Shown piece by piece: positions 26,394-35,884 of a DNA stretch of 42,283 nucleotides. The stretch is from Sedimentisphaerales bacterium (lineage in GTDB: Bacteria; Planctomycetota; Phycisphaerae; Sedimentisphaerales; SM23-30). The notes beneath the pieces were generated by a model. It worked only from the letters and a program-made list of their open reading frames with translations, ran no database searches and was not told the DNA's origin. Where the stretch lies: the NCBI GenBank assembly GCA_016933395.1, contig JAFGBA010000106.1:1-42283 (forward strand), written 5' to 3'. Within the stretch, counting starts at the first letter, position 1. Each line of letters opens with the position of its first letter. A program made the position numbers and the translations under genes.

Positions 26394-27788
26394 ATGGCTT
26401 GGCGCATTCATATAAATCCTGATGAAACCGAGGTGATCCTCGACTTGGAGCAGTATAAGCCTGAGAATGCTCTTGACTCCAATGATTTGATTGTCGCGCT
26501 GGGGGACAAGCACGTCGAAGTGAATGAGCAGGTCAAGCAACGTATTCAGGATATTTTGCCGTTGCTGGAGAATCCCGAATTGCCCGAGCGGCGATTTACC
26601 CTTGCGAAGGCAACGCCGCCCAAGGCCGGACAGGAGGGGTTTTTTGAATGGGCCGACCATCTTGATCCGGAGAAACGGCACAAGATAACTGAAGAATCGT
26701 CAACGGCTGACCGCGCGAGTTTTTACAGTTGTTCCGGTTTGGCTTTGGTCAAAGCCGGAGAGACCATCGGCGTTCTCCATCCGGCCGTACAGGGCCAACC
26801 CGGCAAAAACGTTTTAGGCGAAGAAATTCCCCCGGAGGAAATTGAGGAATTTACTCTGGAGGCCGGAGACAACGTGGAATGTCAGGCCGACGGCGTTACA
26901 TTTAACGCCAAGTGCGAAGGCGAAGTTCACCTGGAAGGGGGGAAATTATTTGTTTCCCAGGTGCTCAATATCGAAACGGATGTTGATTTTGAAACGGGTA
27001 ATATCCAGTTTAACGGCGACATCAATATTAAAGGAAGCATTAAAGACCTTTTTGAGGTCAAGTCCGGCCATGATATCAACGTGGAGGGCGTTATTGAAGG
27101 CGCCCGCGTTATATGCGGCGGCAGCCTTTCCATCAAACGCGGCATCGCCGGTAAAGACAAAGCGGTCATCGAAGTAAAAAACACGTTGACCGCCAAGTAC
27201 GTTTCCAATGCCTCGGTGTGGGTGGAAGGCGATGTAAACGTCGATTCGGAAATAGTACATGCCGATGTGAACGTTCGTGGCGCGATCACCCTGGCCAAAG
27301 GCGCCGTGCACGGCGGGCGGGTGACGGCGGCCGGGAATATCGAATTGCCGGTGTTGGGCAGCAATTCCAACGTGCCGACGCTGGCCCGCGCCGCGATTAA
27401 TCCTTTCGTCGAACGCGAACTGAACCATCTCAATCAGGAAAAGGACGCCCTGACCAAGAAAATAAGCCAACTTATGCCCAAAGCCAAGATTTTGCTGCAA
27501 AGTTGCCGCGGCAAACCCAATGAGGAATTAAAGAAAATTGCGGCGGAAATCGAAGCGGCGAAAAAACGTCTAACCGCCATTGACCAACGCATGGAGGCGT
27601 TCGAAGAGGAAAACAAGAAAACCTGCAAAGGCGTCATTATCGTCCACAAGGTTATTTATCCCGGCGTGCGGGTGGAGATCGGCCCGGCGGTGGGGCTTGT
27701 CAAGCATGAGATGAGCGGTCCGTTAAAAGCGGTCGCCGTCCGCAGCGGCGGCGCCTACACCGTGGATTTCCGCAGCTTTGGCGGGTAA
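26394..27788 (+). CDS. FapA/DUF342-family protein
   Basis: It shows the typical beta-helix repeat region DVDFETGNIQFNGDINIKGSIKDLFEVKSGHDINVEG..GDVNVDSEIVHADVNVRGAITL, then a coiled coil and a C-terminal VIYPGVRVEIG. It starts 15 nt after the GT4 stop. Confidence 0.85.
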   Translation: MAWRIHINPDETEVILDLEQYKPENALDSNDLIVALGDKHVEVNEQVKQRIQDILPLLENPELPERRFTLAKATPPKAGQEGFFEWADHLDPEKRHKITEESSTADRASFYSCSGLALVKAGETIGVLHPAVQGQPGKNVLGEEIPPEEIEEFTLEAGDNVECQADGVTFNAKCEGEVHLEGGKLFVSQVLNIETDVDFETGNIQFNGDINIKGSIKDLFEVKSGHDINVEGVIEGARVICGGSLSIKRGIAGKDKAVIEVKNTLTAKYVSNASVWVEGDVNVDSEIVHADVNVRGAITLAKGAVHGGRVTAAGNIELPVLGSNSNVPTLARAAINPFVERELNHLNQEKDALTKKISQLMPKAKILLQSCRGKPNEELKKIAAEIEAAKKRLTAIDQRMEAFEEENKKTCKGVIIVHKVIYPGVRVEIGPAVGLVKHEMSGPLKAVAVRSGGAYTVDFRSFGG

Positions 27789-27836
27789 ACATTCGCCGCG
27801 ATTTACACGAATTATTCGCAGCCATTTACATTTTTA

Positions 27837-29033
27837 TCAGGTCCAGTCCCGCCAGGAGAGGATATCGAATCCCTCTCGCCGATAGCTGTCCTGTCCGCCA
27901 TAAATCAAGCTGCCGGCAGTTTCCGTCTGTCCGGAGAGTTTTTGCCAGTATTTAAGTCCGGCCAGAAAATCCGGGTGAAAGGTTTGGGCGGATTTAATCT
28001 CGATGGGATAAAGGGCGCCGGGCCGCTCCAACAGCAAATCCACCTCATGACCGGTGGAATCCCGCCAGAAATACATATCCGCCTCGCGGCCTTGATGATA
28101 ACACGCTTTGAGGGTTTCGGAGATAATCCATGATTCGAAAATCGCTCCTCGTTGAACATGGGGCTGAAGGTTTTCTGTCCGGCGGATACCCAACAAGTAG
28201 CACAATAGGCCCGTATCCAAGAAGTACAATCGAGGCGAACGCACCAGCCGTTTATTAAAATTGCGATGATGCGGCCGCAGCAAATAGATGATAAAACTAG
28301 CCTGCAATACCGAAATCCAGCGTCGCACGGTGTCGGTGGATATTCCGGAGTCGTTAGCAAGGGACGTCATATTGAGCAACTGTCCACAGCGGCCGGCGCA
28401 TAAACGCACGAACCGGCCAAATGTTTCCAGATCGCCGACATGCACCAATTGTCGAACGTCGCGCTCCAGATAGGTATGAAAATAATCAGCCAACCACTCC
28501 TGCGGCGGCAGATGTTGATCGTATATCCGGGGATAGCCTCCCGTGAAAAGCACCTCTTCCAGGGTCGGCGCGGCGGACGAGTGAGATGGTCGAACATTTT
28601 CATCAACAAAAGGATCAACAGCTTCACGGCGTTGTAATTCAGCGAAACTGAAAGGCAGTAAAAACCGCACCGCACAACGCCCGGCCAGACTTTGCGTGAT
28701 CCGTTCGGTCAGCAGGAAATTTTGTGAGCCGGTAAGTAAATATTGGCCCGGTTGAGGATGATTATCGACCCGTTCCTGAAGATAACTAAACAAATCCGGT
28801 GTACGCTGGGCTTCATCCAGAATAACTCGGTATGAATACCGCTCCAGGAATCCGCGGGGATCCGTCAAGGCGAAGTTGCGGTTGTCAGGATTTTCCAATG
28901 AGACATAGGTATATTCCGGCAACGCCATTTTGGCCAAGGTCGATTTGCCTGATTGCCGCGGACCGGTGAGGGTTACTATAGGATAGCGGCTTAAAACGGA
29001 TAGCAGATTTTTTTCTAAGTTCCTTTTGTACAT
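27837..29033 (-). CDS. AAA-family ATPase with C-terminal DUF4143 domain (COG1373-like)
   Basis: Walker A is VTLTGPRQSGKSTLA and Walker B-like is RVILDEAQ. The length of 398 aa and the C-terminal EVDLLLE..PIEIKS pattern are typical of the AAA_14/DUF4143 family. Confidence 0.9.
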   Translation of the reverse strand: MYKRNLEKNLLSVLSRYPIVTLTGPRQSGKSTLAKMALPEYTYVSLENPDNRNFALTDPRGFLERYSYRVILDEAQRTPDLFSYLQERVDNHPQPGQYLLTGSQNFLLTERITQSLAGRCAVRFLLPFSFAELQRREAVDPFVDENVRPSHSSAAPTLEEVLFTGGYPRIYDQHLPPQEWLADYFHTYLERDVRQLVHVGDLETFGRFVRLCAGRCGQLLNMTSLANDSGISTDTVRRWISVLQASFIIYLLRPHHRNFNKRLVRSPRLYFLDTGLLCYLLGIRRTENLQPHVQRGAIFESWIISETLKACYHQGREADMYFWRDSTGHEVDLLLERPGALYPIEIKSAQTFHPDFLAGLKYWQKLSGQTETAGSLIYGGQDSYRREGFDILSWRDWT

Positions 29034-29054
29034 ATGCTTAAATCACTCTTTGCA

Positions 29055-29082
29055 ATTATACGATTCAATCGCTGATTTGCAA
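29055..29082 (-). promoter_or_regulatory. Sigma70-like promoter for the ATPase gene
   Basis: On the minus strand the -35 is TTGCAA (29082-29077), the spacer is 16 nt, and the -10 is a perfect TATAAT (29060-29055). The -10 ends about 21 nt upstream of the ATG at 29033. Confidence 0.6.
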
Positions 29083-29212
29083 GAGCAATTTTTACTCCCT
29101 CATGTTTGGCAAAAAAATAACCATGGAATGCGTTATAACCACAGGATATGCAGGTACATAAGCATGACGCAGGGAAAATATTTCAGGTTTTAAAAAGTGA
29201 AAGGTGTTTTCT

Positions 29213-29473
29213 TTATCTCTGCGATGAAATCAACTTCTGTATCAAGACTACGGCATCCCGCACAGTTTTGATGGTTTCATTATCTTCATCAGATACAGAA
29301 ATATTGAACTCGTCCTCGACCAGCATAACAAATTCAACTATAGCCAAACTGTCGAACCCCAAGTCGGCAATGAAATACGAGTCGAGTGAAATATCTTTTG
29401 GGGGTATATCCGCATGACTGCTGATAAGTTCAATCACTTGCCGTGCCAGTGTTTCGGTGGTTTGCGTTGACAT
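29213..29473 (-). CDS. Acyl carrier protein-like (phosphopantetheine-attachment) protein
   Basis: 86 aa with DLGFDSLAIVEFVMLVEDEFNISVSDEDNETIKTVRDAV, which matches the ACP DSL serine motif and helix pattern. The sampled line 29281-29340 has 21 G+C out of 60. Confidence 0.85.
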   Translation of the reverse strand: MSTQTTETLARQVIELISSHADIPPKDISLDSYFIADLGFDSLAIVEFVMLVEDEFNISVSDEDNETIKTVRDAVVLIQKLISSQR

Positions 29474-29483
29474 ATTCCAGCAC

Positions 29484-29816
29484 CTATCCCTTTCCGGTGT
29501 AATCAGTTATCGCGTTCACCAGTTTTCGTATGGTTTTAAAATCGGGCGATGTTCGGCCTTTTTCAATGCGGTTCAGAGTTTCCACACGAACACCCGCCAG
29601 TCGCGCCAATTCCTTTTGCGTCAATTCGGCATCCTGGCGTCGCTGCAACAAACGGTCCGCCAGACGTTGATTACTGATAATGATGGCGTTCAGAGGGTCG
29701 CTCAATTTCCGGGAGGTTTGAGACCGCAATAAACCGCAAAACTCTTCTTCTTTGATGATGACATACCAGACGCCATCCAGTCGAACCCGTTGATAAGCTG
29801 TTTTTCGCTCTTTCAT
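29484..29816 (-). CDS. XRE-family HTH protein with an antitoxin-like N-terminal extension
   Basis: The HTH is LTQKELARLAGVRVETLNRIEKGRTSPDFKTIRKLVNAI. The N-terminus is MKERKTAYQRVRLDGVWYVIIKEEEF. I prefer the ATG at 29816 over the TTG at 29825. The stop lies 10 nt upstream of the ACP start. Confidence 0.8.
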   Translation of the reverse strand: MKERKTAYQRVRLDGVWYVIIKEEEFCGLLRSQTSRKLSDPLNAIIISNQRLADRLLQRRQDAELTQKELARLAGVRVETLNRIEKGRTSPDFKTIRKLVNAITDYTGKG

Positions 29817-29824
29817 TATTGACA

Positions 29825-29852
29825 AGTATATAATAATTTACTTCTAAGTCAA
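29825..29852 (-). promoter_or_regulatory. Sigma70-like promoter placed for a leaderless XRE-ACP transcript
   Basis: On the minus strand the -35 is TTGACT (29852-29847), the spacer is 16 nt, and the -10 is TATACT (29830-29825). Only 8 nt separate the -10 from the ATG at 29816. Confidence 0.45.
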
Positions 29853-30069
29853 TTATAATTTTCGAATTATTTCTTATGACTTGGATGTCAAATAATCTAA
29901 CGTACTGTAACCAAAAGAATTATAAGGAATGGACCAGATAAGTTTCTTGTGCCGGTTCGGTTTTAATAAAAGACCTGTGCTATTGCCATGTTTATATTTT
30001 GAGTTGGTTTAAAGTGTTATGTTGCAGAAAAAGGTCGGCAAGCAGAAAAAAGCAGGCCGGCAAAAGAAA

Positions 30070-30483
30070 TCAGATTTTGTCTTCGAATTGTGCATGCGGC
30101 GTTTTACGGCGGGTTCTTTGGCGCCAACGGAGTTTGGGGGCGTCGCCCCAGAGCATTTCGAGGTCGTAGAAACGGCGGAATTCCTCGTCGAAAAGGTGAA
30201 CAACCACATCGACAAAATCGAGGACCACCCAGCGCCCCCGTTGCAGACCGGCCCGGCCAAAAACTTTAAATCCCATTTCTTTGGCCAGGTCGATAAGCTC
30301 ATGGCCGACGGAGCGAAGCTGGGGTTCGCTGGTGCCGGTGGCGATGACGAAGTGGCGGGCGACGGGGCTGAGGTCGGCCACTTCCAGCACGACGATGTCG
30401 CGGCAGTGGCGGTCTTCGGCCAGTTGGGCGGCGGCCTTGGCGAGTTTGCGACTTTGGGTCAGCTCCGTTGTGCGTTTAGCCAA
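30070..30483 (-). CDS. rsfS: Ribosome silencing factor RsfS (iojap-like)
   Basis: It shows the typical RsfS core DIVVLEVADLSPVARHFVIATGTSEPQLRSV...WVVLDFVDVVVHLF. Confidence 0.9.
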   Translation of the reverse strand: MAKRTTELTQSRKLAKAAAQLAEDRHCRDIVVLEVADLSPVARHFVIATGTSEPQLRSVGHELIDLAKEMGFKVFGRAGLQRGRWVVLDFVDVVVHLFDEEFRRFYDLEMLWGDAPKLRWRQRTRRKTPHAQFEDKI

Positions 30484-30620
30484 TGTTTTCTCCTGTCAGG
30501 TTTTGTATATTCCTGGGAGGATTATATGCGATTTTGGCTTATTCAGCAAGGCATAAGGCCGTACGCAAAAAAAACCATTTTTGACGTTTCTTATGCAAGT
30601 GTTGGTCCTATGATTAGTAG

Positions 30621-31844
30621 ATGGTCAAAACAGACATGACAACCGTTTCCACGAAAAATGCCGAAAATATGCGGCGGCTTCATGCAAGTTTGTACGGAAT
30701 GTCGTATCTGACGGATTTTGGGGCGATGCTGCTGTTATTTACGGTGAGCCGCTATCTTGCCCAGCAGAATATGGGAATGACGGTATTGGGCGTATTGGGA
30801 GCGATTTTCGCAACCAGTCATGCCGCCAGCGCCTTTATTTCCGGGCGGCTTTCAGACCGCATTGGGCGCAGCCGATGTGTTTTGGGAGGTGCGGTGTTGT
30901 TGCTGATCGGTTTGGCGGTGACCCGGATGGGCCTGGGGCATATGCCGGGAATGATGGTGGGTTATATTCTCGGGGGAACGGGGATGGGCGCGGTTTACGC
31001 CCCACTGATCGGCTGGCTCAATGATGGCGACCGCAGCCACTTGCAAACCCGCGGCATCAGTCGGACAACCATTTTATTTTGCCTGTCGTGGAATATGGGA
31101 CTTATGAGCGGACAGGGCGCAGGCGGTTTTCTATTCGCCATTGATCCGCTATGGGCGCTAACGGCCGGATTGGCGGTGGCGGGGATAAATACGTTGGTGT
31201 TGCTCTTGCGCGGGCCTCAACCTGTCCATGCGACCCTGGACGATCACCAGCACGCCCTGCAGGCGGCGCATCTGAGCCGGGCGCGGCGATTCGCAACTAT
31301 TGGCTGGATGGCCAATCTGGGCAGCGCCTTCAGCATGACTACCGTGATGCACCTGTTCCCCCAATTGGCAGTTGCGCTGGGGATCGCGTCTGAATTGCAC
31401 GGAACATTACTAATGCTGATGCGGATAATGATGATTGCAACATTTTTGTTTATGTACCGCGTGCGATTCTGGCAATTTCGCATGTCCACAGCGGCGGCAA
31501 CCCAGGCGATCGGACTTCTGGGGGTGATACTGCTTATCAGCGGCGTTCATGTGGCTATTCTGACAGTGGGGCTGGGATGTGTAGCAATTTTAGGCGGATA
31601 TAATTACTTTGCCAGCTTGTTTTATAACACCACCAGCCGCGATGACGCGGGCAAGGGGGCGGGCGGAGCGATGCACGAGGCAACGCTGGGAATCGGTTTC
31701 GCCGCCGGGTCGCTGCTGGGCGGTTTGCTGGGCGGGACGCTGGGGGTGCGGGCGCCGTTTGTTTTGGCCGGGGTGATGCTGATTCTGACCAGTGCGGCAC
31801 AGGTGTGGCTATATTTTCGCAAAAAGCCGGTCGGCGTCCATTGA
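30621..31844 (+). CDS. MFS transporter
   Basis: About 12 hydrophobic helices and an MFS loop motif GRLSDRIGRSR between TM2 and TM3. The substrate is unknown. Confidence 0.85.
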   Translation: MVKTDMTTVSTKNAENMRRLHASLYGMSYLTDFGAMLLLFTVSRYLAQQNMGMTVLGVLGAIFATSHAASAFISGRLSDRIGRSRCVLGGAVLLLIGLAVTRMGLGHMPGMMVGYILGGTGMGAVYAPLIGWLNDGDRSHLQTRGISRTTILFCLSWNMGLMSGQGAGGFLFAIDPLWALTAGLAVAGINTLVLLLRGPQPVHATLDDHQHALQAAHLSRARRFATIGWMANLGSAFSMTTVMHLFPQLAVALGIASELHGTLLMLMRIMMIATFLFMYRVRFWQFRMSTAAATQAIGLLGVILLISGVHVAILTVGLGCVAILGGYNYFASLFYNTTSRDDAGKGAGGAMHEATLGIGFAAGSLLGGLLGGTLGVRAPFVLAGVMLILTSAAQVWLYFRKKPVGVH

Positions 31845-32022
31845 GATGATAATAATCACCGCCCCCCCACACAGCATAAATACGCTTGACTGAGTTAAGC
31901 GAAGCGGTAATCTGATGGGCCGAACCGGGTGAGGTTTACCCCGGCATAGGAAACCGGCGGATCACCGAGAACCGCAAGCGAGTGGAACATTTTTAATCAT
32001 TGAGTATAAAGGAGTTATACGA

Positions 32023-33054
32023 ATGGCACCCATTAAGGTAGCAATTAACGGTTTTGGACGCATCGGGCGCACCGTGACGCGGATAATGGCAACGCAACCG
32101 GATAAATATCAGTTGGTGGCGATCAATGATTTGGCGCCGTTGGATGCAAATGCTCATCTACTTAAATATGATACGGCTTTTGGGCCTTTTAATGGGACAG
32201 TGGCCGTCAAGGGTGATACCCTGGAAATCAACGGTAAAAGCGTGAAGGTGCTCAGCCAGAGAAGCCCGTCGGCCTTACCCTGGGCGGATATGGGTGTGCA
32301 GGTGGTGGTGGAATCAACCGGCGTCTTCCGCGCCCGCGAAAGTGAAAAGGGCGGCTACGGCGACCATCTCAAGGCCGGGGCCAAAAAGGTCATTCTGACC
32401 GTGCCTTCCAAGGACGCCATTGATGCGACCATCGTCATGGGCGTGAATGACAATATTCTCAAGGCGGAACATCATTGTGTTTCCAACGCCAGTTGCACGA
32501 CGAATTGTCTGGCGCCCGTGGCCAAGGTGCTGCATGAGACGTTCGGCATCGTACAGGGATTGATGACGACGATTCACGCCTACACCAACGATCAGCACGT
32601 AGCCGATCTGGTGCATAGTGATTTACGCCGCGCCCGTGCAGCGGCGCAGAACATTATCCCGACGACCACCGGCGCCGCCCGCGCCGTAGGCAAGGTTATC
32701 CCGGACCTCAACGGCAAGCTGGACGGATTCGCTTTGCGAGTGCCGGTGATTACGGGCAGCGTGGTTGATCTAACGGCCCAATTGGCCAAGAAAGCCGCCG
32801 TGGCTGATATTAACGGCGCGATCAAAGCCGCCGCCCAGGGCAAGCTCAAAGGCATCCTGGCCTACTGCGAAGATCCCATTGTCTCCAGCGATATTATCAA
32901 GAATACTCATTCGAGCATTTTCGACGCATTGAGCACGATGGTCATTCCCAAAGACGGCGGCCAGATGATTAAAGTTGTCAGTTGGTACGACAACGAGTGG
33001 GGTTATTCCTGCCGCACGGTGGACCTGATCGCCAAATTGGCCGGTTTGATATAA
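32023..33054 (+). CDS. gap: Type I glyceraldehyde-3-phosphate dehydrogenase
   Basis: It begins INGFGRIGR and has the active site [12 protein letters not shown] and the C-terminal WYDNEWGYS. Confidence 0.97.
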   Translation: MAPIKVAINGFGRIGRTVTRIMATQPDKYQLVAINDLAPLDANAHLLKYDTAFGPFNGTVAVKGDTLEINGKSVKVLSQRSPSALPWADMGVQVVVESTGVFRARESEKGGYGDHLKAGAKKVILTVPSKDAIDATIVMGVNDNILKAEHHCVSNASCTTNCLAPVAKVLHETFGIVQGLMTTIHAYTNDQHVADLVHSDLRRARAAAQNIIPTTTGAARAVGKVIPDLNGKLDGFALRVPVITGSVVDLTAQLAKKAAVADINGAIKAAAQGKLKGILAYCEDPIVSSDIIKNTHSSIFDALSTMVIPKDGGQMIKVVSWYDNEWGYSCRTVDLIAKLAGLI

Positions 33055-33220
33055 ACAGTCAACTACGGGAGCCTGTCCAAACAACAGGCTTCCGCTCATT
33101 TTATATAATCAGGTTTTACCGGGATATTAAAGAATAAAATGCTTCCCGGTTTCATATACCGATACGAGTCATCATTTTATGTCCCGAAGGCAAAGTTATC
33201 TTTAATAAAAAGGTGCGATT

Positions 33221-34423
33221 ATGGCCAAGAAGACAATCGCTGATATTAACGTTAAAGGCAAGAAAGTATTTATTCGCGTGGATTTTAACGTTCCGCTGGA
33301 TGAAAACGGTGCGATCACCAATGACCGCCGTATTCAGATGGCGCTGCCGACGATCCGCGAAGCCATAAAACAAGGAGGACGGCTGATTCTTGCCAGCCAC
33401 CTCGGTCGGCCCAAGGGCAAGCCGCAGCCGGAATATTCACTTGCCCCGTGCGCCAAGCGGTTGGGCGAGTTGTTGGGCAAAAAGGTTATCATGGCGCCCG
33501 ATTGTATCGGCCCAAAAGTACAAAAGCTTGCTGACAGCCTCAAAGATGGCGACGTGATGCTGCTGGAAAACCTTCGTTTTCATGAAGGAGAAACCAAGAA
33601 CAAGCCTGAATTCGCCGCCCAACTGGCTCAAGCGGCGGATGTGTATGTCAACGACGCCTTCGGCACGGCCCACCGCGAACACGCCAGCATGTTTGGCGTG
33701 CCGAGTGTGCTCGGTCCCGGCAAACGTGTTTGCGGTTTTCTGATCGAAAAAGAAATCAAGTATCTCGGTGATGCATTGTCCAAGCCGGTTAAACCTTTTG
33801 TGGCGGTATTAGGCGGCGCGAAAGTCAGCGATAAGATAAACGTCATTAAAAACCTGTTGACCAAAGTGGATCGCATTCTTATCGGCGGCGGCATGGCCTA
33901 TACGTTTTTCAAGGCCCAGGGGTTGGAGGTGGGCAATTCCATTTGTGAAGACGATAAGCTCGAATTAGCCGAGGAGCTTTTGGCCGGCGCTCGCTCCAAA
34001 GGGTGCGAACTGGTGCTGCCGGTGGATAATGTCATTGCCCGCGAGTTTAAAGCAAACGCTGAGCATAAAGTTAACTCCGGTAACATTGAAGCGGACTGGG
34101 AAGGGCTTGATATCGGCCCGGAAACCCGCAAGCTTTTCGCGGAAAAGCTTGCCGACGCCAAAACCATTGTATGGAACGGCCCAATGGGCGTGTTCGAACT
34201 GGAGCCGTTTGATGAGGGCACCAAGGCGGTGGCTCTGGCCATCGCCGCCGCAACAGACAATGGCGCAACCAGCATCATCGGCGGCGGCGATTCGGCGGCG
34301 GCCATGGAACAACTGGGCCTGGAAGATCGCGTCAGCCATATTTCCACCGGCGGCGGCGCGAGTCTGGAATTCCTCGAAGGTAATGAGTTTACCTGTCTGA
34401 CGATTCTGGATGAAAAAGAGTAA
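33221..34423 (+). CDS. pgk: Phosphoglycerate kinase
   Basis: It begins [25 protein letters not shown] and has the C-terminal [13 protein letters not shown]. 400 aa. Confidence 0.97.
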   Translation: MAKKTIADINVKGKKVFIRVDFNVPLDENGAITNDRRIQMALPTIREAIKQGGRLILASHLGRPKGKPQPEYSLAPCAKRLGELLGKKVIMAPDCIGPKVQKLADSLKDGDVMLLENLRFHEGETKNKPEFAAQLAQAADVYVNDAFGTAHREHASMFGVPSVLGPGKRVCGFLIEKEIKYLGDALSKPVKPFVAVLGGAKVSDKINVIKNLLTKVDRILIGGGMAYTFFKAQGLEVGNSICEDDKLELAEELLAGARSKGCELVLPVDNVIAREFKANAEHKVNSGNIEADWEGLDIGPETRKLFAEKLADAKTIVWNGPMGVFELEPFDEGTKAVALAIAAATDNGATSIIGGGDSAAAMEQLGLEDRVSHISTGGGASLEFLEGNEFTCLTILDEKE

Positions 34424-34568
34424 GTCTTTGTTTCACAAGATGATACAAATTAAATAGCGGTTATTCTGTTTTTAAGCTTGATTTTTGGGTATTAGAATCC
34501 GATAATTATGAAAGAATTGATTATATTCCCCGATGATCTTGAGTTGGGTCGTCGGGCAAAAATACGCG

Positions 34569-34602
34569 CCAGTGATCCTTCGTGGGTCGCTGGTTTTTTT
34601 TT
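34569..34602 (+). terminator. Rho-independent terminator downstream of pgk
   Basis: A 10-bp stem CCAGTGATCC (34569-34578) / GGGTCGCTGG (34584-34593) includes two G-U pairs and has the loop TTCGT. T9 follows at 34594-34602. Confidence 0.85.
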
Positions 34603-34615
34603 GAAGGGGTAGTTT

Positions 34616-35173
34616 ATGGGACGATACGCGATTTTTATTGATGGCGGTTATTTTCGAAAAATACTTGAGAAAGCGGATTTCGCAAAGATATGCTACCTTA
34701 AACTTTCCGATAAAGTAGCCCAAAATGAAGAACGACTACGTACTTATTACTATGATTGCCCACCCTGGGTCAGTAGTAATCCCCAAGATAAAGAGAAAGA
34801 ACAACAACGGAAATTTGATCGGTTTCGCAAGACCCTTGATAACTTACCCCGTTTTCAAGTTCGTTTAGGACGACTAGCTCGCTATCAGACAAATCAAGGA
34901 ATTGTTTTTACGCAGAAAAAGGTGGACATTCTTCTTGCGGTGGATTTGGTCCGGCTCAGTTTGGAGCATCAAATTCAGCGAGCCGTTATTTTGGCGGGTG
35001 ATAGTGACTTTGTTCCGGCGATTGAGGTCGCCCGCACATCAGGAGTTGTTGTGCAGCTTTATCACGCGAATAATCCGCGGCCTCACGATGAATTGTTGTC
35101 TGCCTGTGATGAACGATATTTGATTGATAATGCTTTTATCAAAGAAATCTTACGGGATTCAAAGAAGCCGTAA
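34616..35173 (+). CDS. NYN-domain (LabA/DUF88-like, PIN-fold) protein
   Basis: It has an N-terminal acidic strand AIFIDGGYF, then VDILLAVDL and ILAGDSDFVPAIE, the conserved Asp set of NYN/LabA proteins. GAAGGGG lies upstream of the ATG. The sampled line 34741-34800 has 24 G+C out of 60. Confidence 0.85.
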   Translation: MGRYAIFIDGGYFRKILEKADFAKICYLKLSDKVAQNEERLRTYYYDCPPWVSSNPQDKEKEQQRKFDRFRKTLDNLPRFQVRLGRLARYQTNQGIVFTQKKVDILLAVDLVRLSLEHQIQRAVILAGDSDFVPAIEVARTSGVVVQLYHANNPRPHDELLSACDERYLIDNAFIKEILRDSKKP

Positions 35174-35200
35174 CGATAAATATCTAGTGAATTGAAAATT

Positions 35201-35884
35201 ATGTCTAATTATTTGCCCAAACCAGGAACCATCGAAATCTGCCCGTCGATACTGAGTGCGGATTTTGCGCATCTGGCCGATCATGTGGCGCAGGTCGCGA
35301 ATGAAATCCGTATATTGCATCTGGATGTGATGGATGGCCACTTTGTGCCGAATTTGACCTTCGGGCCGGTGTTGGTGAAGTGGTTGCGGGGGTGTTTCCC
35401 GAAATTATTTTTTGATGCGCACCTGATGATAACCGATGCGCCTCAGTATGCTCCCCAATTCGTTAAGGCCGGGGCCGATGGCATCACGTTTCATCTGGAG
35501 GCGGTGAATGATCCTCATGCCATGATTCGCCAGATACGCCAACTGAATGTGGCGGCGGGCGTATCCATCAAACCGGGAACACCGGTTCAGGCGCTGTCGC
35601 CCATCATCGCCGATGTTGATATGGTGTTGCTGATGAGCGTGGAGCCGGGATTCGGCGGGCAGGGTTTTCTGCCGCAAAGCATCGAACGCTGCCGAGAGTT
35701 GAAAAAAATGCTCCGCAAAGATCAGTGGTTACAAGTTGACGGCGGCATTGATCCAACAACAACTCCCTTAATTACCGCCGCCGGAGCCGATATGCTTGTC
35801 GCCGGCAGCGCCGTGTTCGGCCGGCCCGACCCCGCGGCCGCATGCCGAACTATACGTGACGCCGCTCGATCGTATCAGCCATGA
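35201..35884 (+). CDS. rpe: Ribulose-phosphate 3-epimerase
   Basis: It carries ICPSILSADFAHL and LHLDVMDGHFVPNLTFG. I prefer the ATG at 35201 over the TTG at 35192. Confidence 0.95.
   Translation: MSNYLPKPGTIEICPSILSADFAHLADHVAQVANEIRILHLDVMDGHFVPNLTFGPVLVKWLRGCFPKLFFDAHLMITDAPQYAPQFVKAGADGITFHLEAVNDPHAMIRQIRQLNVAAGVSIKPGTPVQALSPIIADVDMVLLMSVEPGFGGQGFLPQSIERCRELKKMLRKDQWLQVDGGIDPTTTPLITAAGADMLVAGSAVFGRPDPAAACRTIRDAARSYQP

Noticed and set aside
24235-29900. A tRNA-Leu-anchored integrative genomic island covering the methyltransferase-to-XRE region.
   Set aside because: That region lies on the 5' side of the tRNA, whereas integrases normally target the 3' end. There is no integrase, and I could find no direct repeat of the tRNA end by eye. 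Composition is heterogeneous rather than uniformly foreign.
34508-34612. A 34-codon ORF (MKELIIFPDDLELGRRAKIRASDPSWVAGFFLKG) ending 3 nt before the NYN gene, as a possible small partner or antitoxin.
   Set aside because: It has no SD, its 3' third is the pgk terminator hairpin plus T-run, and I recognise no motif. It is probably non-coding. It would be worth revisiting only if conserved with NYN homologs.
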